64,000 nucleotides of DNA from positions 64 to 64,063 of the forward strand of contig JABIDK010000005.1 of the NCBI GenBank assembly GCA_018651725.1, read 5' to 3'. The translations under genes were made by a program, and so were the position numbers. The notes under the pieces are model-generated. The model was given only the letters and a program-made list of their open reading frames with translations. It was not told the origin of the DNA and did no database searches. Positions 39,770 through 48,700 of this stretch are shown here, one piece after another. This DNA is from Candidatus Falkowbacteria bacterium. Its GTDB lineage: Bacteria > Patescibacteriota > Patescibacteriia > JAACEG01. Positions within the stretch are counted from its first letter, which is position 1. Each line of letters starts with the position of its first letter.

Positions 39770-41602
39770 ATGTGTGGGATTATTGGTTATATTGGACAAA
39801 ATAAAGCTTTGCCTGTCTTGTTGGATGGGCTGAGAAGATTGGAGTACCGTGGGTATGACTCAGCTGGGGTGGCTGTTTGTGATGGTCAAGAAATAATAAC
39901 TGTGAAAGCGGTTGGAAAAATAGTTGAGCTTGATAAAAAGATTTCTTTGGAAAATAAATCTTTGCAAGGTAATGTGGGAATTGCTCATACGCGCTGGGCG
40001 ACTCATGGGAAGCCGAGCCTTGAAAATGCTCATCCGCACTGTGGTTGCAAACAAGAAATTTGGCTGGCTCACAATGGGATAATTGAAAATTATGCAGAAT
40101 TAAAAAAACTTCTGGAAAAGAAAGGACATAAATTTTTAAGTGAAACCGATACCGAAGTCATCGCGCATTTAATTGAGGAAAACTATAAAGACGATTTAAA
40201 AATCGCCTTGCAAAAATCATTGAAATTATTAAAAGGAGCTTACGGTATTGTGGTAATGCACGCTAAAGAGCCGGACACTATCTTGGCAGTGAAAAAAGGA
40301 AGCCCTCTTCTTGTTGGACTTGGTGACAAAGAAACCATCATCGCCTCTGATGTTTCAGCGATTATTCGCTACACCGATAAAATTGTTTATCTAGAGGACA
40401 ATGAAATTGTTAAAGTGAATAAAGCCGGCTTTAAAATTTTTAATTCAGACTATGAAGAAATAAGCAAAGAAATAAAAAAAGTAGAGATAGACAAAAACGA
40501 AATAGAAAAATCCGGATTTCCTCATTTTATGCTTAAAGAAATTTTTGAACAACCTAAGACAATCACCGACAGCGTAAGAGGAAGATTGGTTTTAAGTGAA
40601 GGCAAAGTCAAACTTGGCGGACTGGAAAGTGTTCAGGAAAAATTGCGCGAAATTAACAGGATTATTATCGTTGGTTGCGGAACAGCCTACAACGCCGGTC
40701 TTGTTGGAGAGTATATGCTGGAGGAGTACGCCAACATCCCGGTTGAAGTTGAGTACGCCAGCGAATTCCGTTATCGCAAACCAATCTTGGATAAAAACAC
40801 AGCTGTACTCGCTATCTCACAGTCCGGAGAAACCGCCGATACTTTAGCCGCTATCAAAGAAGCCAAGGAAAAAGGAGTTTTAACTTTGGGAATAATAAAC
40901 AGCGTCGGCTCCACTATCGCTCGTGAGGTAGATGCCGGAATATACAACCATGCCGGTCCGGAGATCTCCGTTGCCTCAACCAAAGCCTTTACTTCACAGG
41001 TTATTATCCTCGCGTTGCTAACGGTTTTTTTAGGCAGACAACGTCAAATGTCGTTTATTACCGGAAAAAGAATTGTTGAAGAAATTGAAAACCTTCCAAA
41101 TAAGATAAATAAAATATTAAAACAAGAAAAAGACATTAAAAAAATTGCTAAGAAATATTATAAATCAAAAAACTTTGCCTTTTTAGGAAGAAAATACAAC
41201 GAACCACTTGCCTTCGAGGGCGCTTTAAAGTTAAAAGAGTTGTCCTACATCCATGCCGAAGGCTTTCCCTCCGGAGAAATGAAGCACGGTCCAATTGCCA
41301 TGATAGACAAAAATTTCCCTAGCTTATTTATCTGCCCTCAAGACAGTGTCTATGAAAAAAATATTAGCAACATTGAAGAAATTAAGTCTCGAAGCGGCAA
41401 GGTAATTACAACAGCAACCGTTGGTGATGAAAATATTAAAAATATATCTGACCAGGTTATTTATATCCCAAAAAGCTTAGAGATGCTAACCCCGATTTTG
41501 GCGGTTATCCCTTTGCAGTTATTTTCTTATTATATGGCAGTTTTAAATAATCGTGATGTAGATAAACCGCGTAATTTAGCAAAAAGCGTAACTGTAGAGT
41601 AG
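39770..41602 (+). CDS. glmS: glutamine--fructose-6-phosphate aminotransferase
   Basis: N-terminal MCGIIGY, two SIS domains, C-terminal ...AKSVTVE. Confidence 0.95.
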   Translation: MCGIIGYIGQNKALPVLLDGLRRLEYRGYDSAGVAVCDGQEIITVKAVGKIVELDKKISLENKSLQGNVGIAHTRWATHGKPSLENAHPHCGCKQEIWLAHNGIIENYAELKKLLEKKGHKFLSETDTEVIAHLIEENYKDDLKIALQKSLKLLKGAYGIVVMHAKEPDTILAVKKGSPLLVGLGDKETIIASDVSAIIRYTDKIVYLEDNEIVKVNKAGFKIFNSDYEEISKEIKKVEIDKNEIEKSGFPHFMLKEIFEQPKTITDSVRGRLVLSEGKVKLGGLESVQEKLREINRIIIVGCGTAYNAGLVGEYMLEEYANIPVEVEYASEFRYRKPILDKNTAVLAISQSGETADTLAAIKEAKEKGVLTLGIINSVGSTIAREVDAGIYNHAGPEISVASTKAFTSQVIILALLTVFLGRQRQMSFITGKRIVEEIENLPNKINKILKQEKDIKKIAKKYYKSKNFAFLGRKYNEPLAFEGALKLKELSYIHAEGFPSGEMKHGPIAMIDKNFPSLFICPQDSVYEKNISNIEEIKSRSGKVITTATVGDENIKNISDQVIYIPKSLEMLTPILAVIPLQLFSYYMAVLNNRDVDKPRNLAKSVTVE

Positions 41603-41677
41603 GTTGCCTAAAGTTTATTATATAGATGTAGGCGTGCTACAACGATTAACAGAAATATAGTTTTGTAATTTAATTAT

Positions 41678-41713
41678 GGCCTATTTGTTTAATAAACAAA
41701 TAGGCCTTTTTTT
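41678..41713 (+). terminator. intrinsic terminator of glmS
   Basis: GGCCTATTTGTTTAATAAACAAATAGGCC followed by TTTTTTT. Confidence 0.85.
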
Positions 41714-41778
41714 GATAAATAAAATTTGCCTTTAGATGCTGAAAATGTTACCTTGGTAATATATTAAATTAATTTTCT

Positions 41779-43059
41779 ATGCAACAAATAGCCGACTTAC
41801 ATATTCATTCTAAATATTCTCGGGCTTGTTCGCCAAAACTTGATTTACCTAATATCGATAGGTTTTGTGAAATTAAGGGGTTGGACATTGTAGCAACCGG
41901 GGACTTTACTTATCCGGCCTGGTTTGGCGATATTAAAAATCAACTGGAAGAAATTGAAAATACAGGACTGTATAAATTAAAAGAAGAATTTAAAATTAAA
42001 GATGACGAATTCAAAAACTTAAAAGGAGAGACAAAATTTATTCTCTCCACCGAGCTAGCTTTAGTTTATAAAAAAGGCGGGAAATGCCGTCGGCTTCATT
42101 TAGTGGTTTTAGCGCCAAGTGTTAAAGCAGTAGAAAAATTAAATAATTATTTGGATAAAAAATATAACATCCGTTCCGATGGCCGGCCGATTTTAGGAAT
42201 GAGCGCCGAAGAGTTGTGTGAAATTTGCTTTGGAATAGACGATAATTTTATGATAATTCCAGCGCATGCTTGGACGCCTTGGTACGCGATTTTTGGCTCT
42301 AAATCAGGGTTTGACAGCTTAGAAGAGTGCTTTGGAAAATGGACATCAAAGATAAAAGCCATTGAAACAGGTTTATCAAGTGACCCGGAGATGAATTGGT
42401 CTTTGTCAGCTTTAGATAATATAACTTTGATCTCTAACTCCGATGCCCATTCTTTGCCAAATTTGGGACGGGAGGCAAATATATTTGATTTAGAAGAAAT
42501 TACCTATCAAGAAATTAAACAAGTAATTGAATCAGGAGACAGAAAGAAGTTTTTAAAGACAATTGAATTTTATCCGGAGGAAGGAATGTATCATTTTGAC
42601 GGTCATCGAGAGTGTGGAATAAGTTTTGATCCAACAGAAACAAAAAAACACAAAGGAATCTGCCCAAAGTGCAAAAGACCATTAACTATTGGAGTAACAA
42701 ATCGAGTCCATAGTTTGGCGGACAGGAAGCTTGGATTTAAACCCAAGAACGCTATCCCCTTTGTTAAGTTGGTAGAGCTTGATAAAATTATCGCCGAAAG
42801 TCTGGGAGTCAAAAGTCGTAGCTCTAAAAAAGTGCAAGAGGAATATAAAAATATGATAAATAAATTAGGCAGCGAACTTCAAATATTGCTTAATTTAGGA
42901 AGAGAGGAAATTGCTAAAGTTAGCAAAGAAAAAATAGCCGAGGGGATAGAAAAAATGCGTTCAGGAGATATAATTATTGAACCCGGCTTTGATGGTCAAT
43001 ACGGAAAAATAAAGATTTTTAAAGAAGATAAAGCGTCTGTGCAAAAACAATTGTTGTAA
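41779..43059 (+). CDS. PHP-domain protein with C-terminal zinc finger (endonuclease Q-like)
   Basis: N-terminal DLHIHSKYSRACS PHP motif, further His/Asp clusters (IIPAHAW, NSDAHS), C-terminal GICPKCKRP zinc-finger; ~426 aa. Confidence 0.5.
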   Translation: MQQIADLHIHSKYSRACSPKLDLPNIDRFCEIKGLDIVATGDFTYPAWFGDIKNQLEEIENTGLYKLKEEFKIKDDEFKNLKGETKFILSTELALVYKKGGKCRRLHLVVLAPSVKAVEKLNNYLDKKYNIRSDGRPILGMSAEELCEICFGIDDNFMIIPAHAWTPWYAIFGSKSGFDSLEECFGKWTSKIKAIETGLSSDPEMNWSLSALDNITLISNSDAHSLPNLGREANIFDLEEITYQEIKQVIESGDRKKFLKTIEFYPEEGMYHFDGHRECGISFDPTETKKHKGICPKCKRPLTIGVTNRVHSLADRKLGFKPKNAIPFVKLVELDKIIAESLGVKSRSSKKVQEEYKNMINKLGSELQILLNLGREEIAKVSKEKIAEGIEKMRSGDIIIEPGFDGQYGKIKIFKEDKASVQKQLL

Positions 43060-43114
43060 GGATTTAAAAAAAATGGTAAAATATATTTATCTAAACATGT
43101 TGAAATGATTAACT

Positions 43115-43495
43115 ATGTCTTTCCGCACTTATATAATTTTTATGTCTGTGGCGACCCTTGTTTCTTGGAGCGCTTGGGGGATTATTCTTTTTTTAGTAAA
43201 CCCTTTTGAGGCCGATGTAATGAGTTTTCTCTTTTTTTATGTTAGCTTGTTTTTTTCTTTACTCGGAACTATAGCTATTATCGGAGCTTTAACAAGAAGA
43301 ATTTTTATAAAAGATAAAATGTTATTCAGGCAAGTTATAGTTTCTTTTCGCCAGGCAGTATTTATTTCTTTTTTAATAATGCTTTGTTTACTGCTTCAAG
43401 GCGAAAGACTGTTAACTTGGTGGAATATAATGCTTTTGATTGCAGCTGTAAGCGTAATAGAATTATTCGCCATCTCAAAAAAACAGAAGATATAA
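43115..43495 (+). CDS. hypothetical membrane protein (4 TM)
   Basis: Hydropathy only. Confidence 0.5.
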   Translation: MSFRTYIIFMSVATLVSWSAWGIILFLVNPFEADVMSFLFFYVSLFFSLLGTIAIIGALTRRIFIKDKMLFRQVIVSFRQAVFISFLIMLCLLLQGERLLTWWNIMLLIAAVSVIELFAISKKQKI

Positions 43496-43647
43496 TTTAA
43501 TCAAAAAACTTATGCTTTTTCGCAACAAAGAGAAAAAACAAGCCAAGGCAGATATGAACTTATTGTTTTATATTGGCACAGGAATAGTCATCGGTGTAGT
43601 CGTAGTGTTAGCAACTACTTTATAATTAATTTAAAAATATTAATTTT

Positions 43648-43944
43648 ATGTTAGAAACAAGCAAAGATGTTTTGTACATTATTTTGGCTTTTTGTGTTTT
43701 GTGGTTGACGATTTTTTTGAGTTGGCTAATGTTTTATATTATAAAAATATTTAGAAACACTAACAAAATTATAAACCAAGCCACCGAAACAATCAGCAAA
43801 GTAGACAGGTTCGTAGACGCCTTCAAGGGAAAGCTAGAAAGTTCCACCTCTAATTTAATGCTTTTGGCAGACTTGGCCAGACAAGGAATGGAGTTCGTGG
43901 GGAAGAAGAGAGGAGGAAAGAGAAACACAAAAGGTAAAAAGTAA
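43648..43944 (+). CDS. hypothetical membrane-anchored protein (N-terminal TM, basic C-terminus)
   Basis: Hydropathy; KKRGGKRNTKGKK tail. Confidence 0.45.
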   Translation: MLETSKDVLYIILAFCVLWLTIFLSWLMFYIIKIFRNTNKIINQATETISKVDRFVDAFKGKLESSTSNLMLLADLARQGMEFVGKKRGGKRNTKGKK

Positions 43945-43969
43945 TATTAACATGTTTAGATGATTATTT

Positions 43970-45115
43970 ATGCGTATTCATACTTATAAAAAAATCGCTT
44001 TAAATTTTTTGTTTTTGGTTTTTCTTTTAGTTGGACTGATTATTTATTTTATTTTTTATAAAGTTGAAATACATATCACACCGGTTAAAGAAAAAGTAAG
44101 TGTTGATTTTTCTTTTGAAGTCAGCGGAGAAGACAGTGAACTCAAAAAAAGAGACAATATAATAGAGGGCGATGTTTTAGAGGTTGAGGTAGAAGGAGAA
44201 AAAGAATTTTCTTCTTCCGGGACAAAAAAAGTCTTTGAGGGAAGTGTTGGTAGTGTCTTTATTGTAAATAAAGAAGGTTTTGACCAACCTCTGATTGCTA
44301 CAACTCGCGTTTTAACGGCTGATAATATTTTATTTAGAATAAAAACAGGAGTTATTGTGCCGGCAAACGGAGAAATAGAAACAGAGGTTTACGCTGATGA
44401 TAAAAACTTTAAAGGAGTTATAAAACCCACTAAATTAACTATTCCGGGATTATCTAAATCTCTGCAAAAAACAATTTACGCGGAAAATAGAGAGAATTTA
44501 GGTGAAACTAAGACCGTAAAAATAGTTTCTCAAGAAGATATTAATGTTGCTCGCGAAACTTTAACAGAAGAACTGTACAATAAAGCAAAAGATCAATTTG
44601 ATTTGAAAAGTAAAAACAAGATTAACCTTAGCTTAATAGGGCGTATTCCTAAAATAAAAGAAGTCAGCTGGAAGGAAACTGTTTTAGAAAAAGTAAATAA
44701 AGAAGTTGGTTCTTTGTCGGAAGATTTTGAACTGTACTTAAAAATCAAAGCAATAGAGATTTCTTTTGATGAAAATAAAATTTACGATTTAGCAATATTA
44801 AAGCTTAAAGAAGCTGTTCCGGACGATAAAGAATTCATTGAAATTAATAAAAACAGCCTTAATTATGTAGTTGAAGAGTTTGATGTAGATAAAAAAATAG
44901 CCAAAATAAAAATTTACGCTTCCGGTGAGATGATAATTAGTGAAGACAATAAAATTTTAGATAAAAATGTTTTAACCGGAGAAGCTGTGAAAGAAAGTCA
45001 AAAGCGCTTAGAGTCCTCGCCTTCCATATATAAGGTGGAAATTAAAACCCCGTTTAACTTATTCAAATTTATTCCAAAAAATAAAAACAAAATAAAAATA
45101 ATTATTCAGGATTAG
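43970..45115 (+). CDS. hypothetical membrane-anchored protein (381 aa)
   Basis: N-terminal TM ALNFLFLVFLLVGLIIYFIF, remainder charged and beta-rich. Confidence 0.5.
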   Translation: MRIHTYKKIALNFLFLVFLLVGLIIYFIFYKVEIHITPVKEKVSVDFSFEVSGEDSELKKRDNIIEGDVLEVEVEGEKEFSSSGTKKVFEGSVGSVFIVNKEGFDQPLIATTRVLTADNILFRIKTGVIVPANGEIETEVYADDKNFKGVIKPTKLTIPGLSKSLQKTIYAENRENLGETKTVKIVSQEDINVARETLTEELYNKAKDQFDLKSKNKINLSLIGRIPKIKEVSWKETVLEKVNKEVGSLSEDFELYLKIKAIEISFDENKIYDLAILKLKEAVPDDKEFIEINKNSLNYVVEEFDVDKKIAKIKIYASGEMIISEDNKILDKNVLTGEAVKESQKRLESSPSIYKVEIKTPFNLFKFIPKNKNKIKIIIQD

Positions 45116-45325
45116 ATTTATTACATAAATAAGTTATCCACAAGTATTTAAGGTTATCTTTTTTAAGAAAAATGTGCTATAATGTAAAATAGTCAAAAGC
45201 AGAAAGTCAAAAATCTATAAAATCAAGGTAATATTGTATTTTATACATAATAATAAATATATTTAAATGTTTATCCGTTAGCTAACGGAGATTAAATGTT
45301 TAAATATTTAAATGATTTTTTTATG

Positions 45326-45700
45326 CCAAAAACAACTATAATTCTTTTGATAGATGATGATCAGATATTGCTTGAAATGTATGAACAAAAATTTAAATTA
45401 GCCAAATTCGATGTTTTAACTGCTATCAACGGAAATGAAGGGTTTAAAATAGCTACTGCCAAGAAACCGGATTTTATTTTAACTGATTTGGTGATGCCGG
45501 GTAGTGATGGTTTTGAGTTTTTAAGTAAATTAAAAAGAGATGAAAGGACTAAAAATATTCCCTTTATCACTCTTACTAATTTAAGTAGTGAATCTGACAA
45601 GAAAGAAGTTATGAAAAAAGGATCTTTGGATTATCTCGTAAAATCAAACTTTACCCCGGCTCAAGTTGTAGAAAAAGTAAAAAGTAAATTAAAAAAATAA
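45326..45700 (+). CDS. stand-alone CheY-like response-regulator receiver
   Basis: TIILLIDDD, ILTDLVMPG (phospho-acceptor Asp), LVKS Lys; no output domain. Confidence 0.8.
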   Translation, partial: PKTTIILLIDDDQILLEMYEQKFKLAKFDVLTAINGNEGFKIATAKKPDFILTDLVMPGSDGFEFLSKLKRDERTKNIPFITLTNLSSESDKKEVMKKGSLDYLVKSNFTPAQVVEKVKSKLKK

Positions 45701-45746
45701 TTATATATTTTAAAATAGATTTATTGCAGAATAAGTCTAACGCAAT

Positions 45747-48700
45747 ATGATAACATATTTCAAAAAACAAAAAGCTAATTTTTTAGCTATTTTTATTTTT
45801 TCAATTTTTGGCTTATTACTTTTAGCTTCCAGCGCTTCGGCCAATGTTACCGGTAGCGGAACTTATGTTTCGAGTATCGAACCTATTGGTTTCCCAGTGC
45901 AGTGGGGAGATATGACTTGGACTGTAGCAAACGGTGGGACATTTACAATAAAAGTTAGGTCTTGTGACGACGCGTCTTGTAGTGGGGAAACTGCTATAGC
46001 AAGTTGTCCAAATTTTTATAGCGGATCAGCAAGTGGATCCGCAGATATTACCAGTAATGGTTGCGTTTCTGATGGTGATGATTATGTTCAATATCAGGTA
46101 TATTTTTCCAAAAGTTTTTCAGAATCAAGTAGCACTTCTCAGCCAACGTTAACAGTCATGAACATTGCTTATGCTTCATATACAATAGGCGCAAGTACTT
46201 TAACTTCTTCTAAATACGAAGCCTCAACCGGCAATGTTATGGGTGGTGTTGGCTGGGACGAAGATACAACTTTACCAGACGGAACAGAGGTAGCTATTTA
46301 TCTTAAAACAGCCGCTACTGAAGGAGGTCTAGATAGCGCCACTTGGTATGGAGTCGCCACTTCAACACCGCCATCAACTGTAACTTCAGGATGTACTAAA
46401 GTATCGGGTACTGTTTCTTGTAATAGCACTGTTATTCCAGAATCTATGATAACTGGCGGAGACGATGATTGGTTCCAGTATAAAATTAAACTAGTCTCTG
46501 ATGGAGCCAATACGCCAACGGTTGATGAAATTATTATAACTTATGTTGTAAACGCTCCGCCGGCCTTTGATTCAGGTTATGAGAATAGTGGAGTTGGCGC
46601 TTCTCAAGGTAGTGATGGCCAAATCACTATTGCTTATTCGGTCAAAGATGAAGATACGACTTCTGGAAATTATAACGGTTATGTTGAGCCAACTTACTAT
46701 TATTCATTGAACGGCGGCTCTAGTTGGACAGAGATTACATCAGGGTTATCTGCTAATGCAACGACCAATAAAACAGTAGTAGAAGGCTCTTACACAGAGC
46801 ATAACGGCATTACCTGGAACCCGAAATCAATGATCGATGATAACTATAGCGCAACAGCCCAAATTAAAGTAAGTGTTTTTGACGGAGAAGCCGCTAATCA
46901 TACTGCTGAACAAGCAAGTGCAAGCTTTACTTTAGATACCACCGACCCGGCTCCTGGCGCTACCCCTATTATAATTAAAGCAACTTCAACTCCGGCAGTA
47001 TTAACAATTTCTGCTACAGATAACTCCAGCTTTCAAATGAAAGTAGGCTTGGTATATAACGGAACTGACGATATTACCGATGCTTCTTGGGAAAGTTATG
47101 CTGCAAGTGACACTATTTCTTTGGCTAGTGATCCTGATACGGTTTATGTTTTGTTTAAAGATGCCTATAGTAATACCTCGACAGTTGCTTCTCTTGCATC
47201 AATTGAAACACCTTCATATATGATGATTCAGGATACTACTAATCTTAGCATCCCGGAATACCGTGAATTTGTTTCTTGGAAGGTAGTTACCGGAGCAGCT
47301 GACTTTGCCGAATACAGAGTACTTCGATCTGAAAGTGAGGCGTCTGGTTACTCAATAATAAGACGTGAAACAGATAGACTTATTAACTCTTATGTTGATA
47401 CCTCTGTAGTTTTCGATGATTTATATTACTATAAAGTTGCTCATGTTGATAATAATGGAAATACTTCGTATTTAACATCTGCTATAAGCGGTAAGGCTAA
47501 CGGTGTTCAAGACTTTGGCGAGGGTGGCGGAGGAACTTCCGGTGATGCGCCGAATATTGATGAGACATTAGGCACTGGTAAATTTGAGGTAACTAATATA
47601 AACAGCACCAGCGCAACAATCAACTGGGAGACAACCGATAGTTTTGGGTCTGATAGTGTAGTTGAGTATGTAACTGTAATCGGTGGAGATTTTGATGATG
47701 CCCCAAGCCAAGGTGTAGCAACCGTAGCTAATACAGCAGCTGCTCTTGGTAAACATAGTATTACTTTAACCGGTCTTGAAAAAGATACAGTTTACTACAT
47801 ACGAATAAGATCAACAAACCCAACCTCTAATCTCTCCGATACATATAAGTATGGTCAAAATGGTCTAGATTTTGAGACTGATGATGGACCGATAATTTCT
47901 GCTGTATCTCATGGCACGCCTACAGCATCGGGAGCTACCGTTACTTGGACTACCGACAAAAGCGCAGATTCTTATGTTTATTATTCAGAGAGCTCAGATA
48001 TGTCTGGAAAGCTTAGGGTAGGCAGTGATACTTTAACTACCTCCCATAGCGTTGACCTTGCAGGCTTAACTTTAAATACGACTTATTACTATTATATTGT
48101 TTCAGCTGATAGTGAAGCTAACACAGACACTTGGGATATTACTGATAACGGAGGAAGTGAATATCCAAATTTCACTACCGCTAACGACACAATAGATCCT
48201 ATTATCACCGTTGACCCGACTGTGATTTATACTACCAGTACCGCCACTGTTGTTTGGACTACTGACGAAACTTCTTATTCCAAAGTTTATTATGCGACCG
48301 ACACTTACTATACCGGCAATGGCAGTACTTACAGCGATGAAACAACCTGGACCTCTGTTTTAACTAGGAACCATGCAGTTAATTTAGTAGATCTTACCCC
48401 GGGAGTTACCTATCATTATCAGGTTGAATCAAAAGATGGTAGCACCAACGAAAACACTTCCACTCCGTCTACTGACGCCACTTTTGTTTTAACCGGTGTG
48501 GCGACAAGTATATCAAGTGTCGCGGTTTCCGGAGAAACAAGCTCCGGGGCGACTATTACTTGGACAACAGGTGAAGCTTCTGACAGTGTGGTTGAATATA
48601 ATACAGTTGGGGCCAGTAATGAAAACTTTGTAAACGCTCCAAGTCAAGGTAAAGCAGAATCAGTTACTTCCCATAGCGTGACTTTAACCGGATTAAGCGC

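Noticed and set aside
39700-39770. glmS ribozyme upstream of glmS
   Set aside because: glmS starts 5 nt after the MFS gene stop, leaving no room for a ~170-nt ribozyme leader.
43512-43626. Possible 37-aa transmembrane micro-protein between 43495 and 43648
   Set aside because: On recounting, the hydrophobic frame (LLFYIGTGIVIGVVVVLATTL) is not in frame with the ATG at 43512 and is preceded by a TGA in its own frame, so there is no credible ORF.
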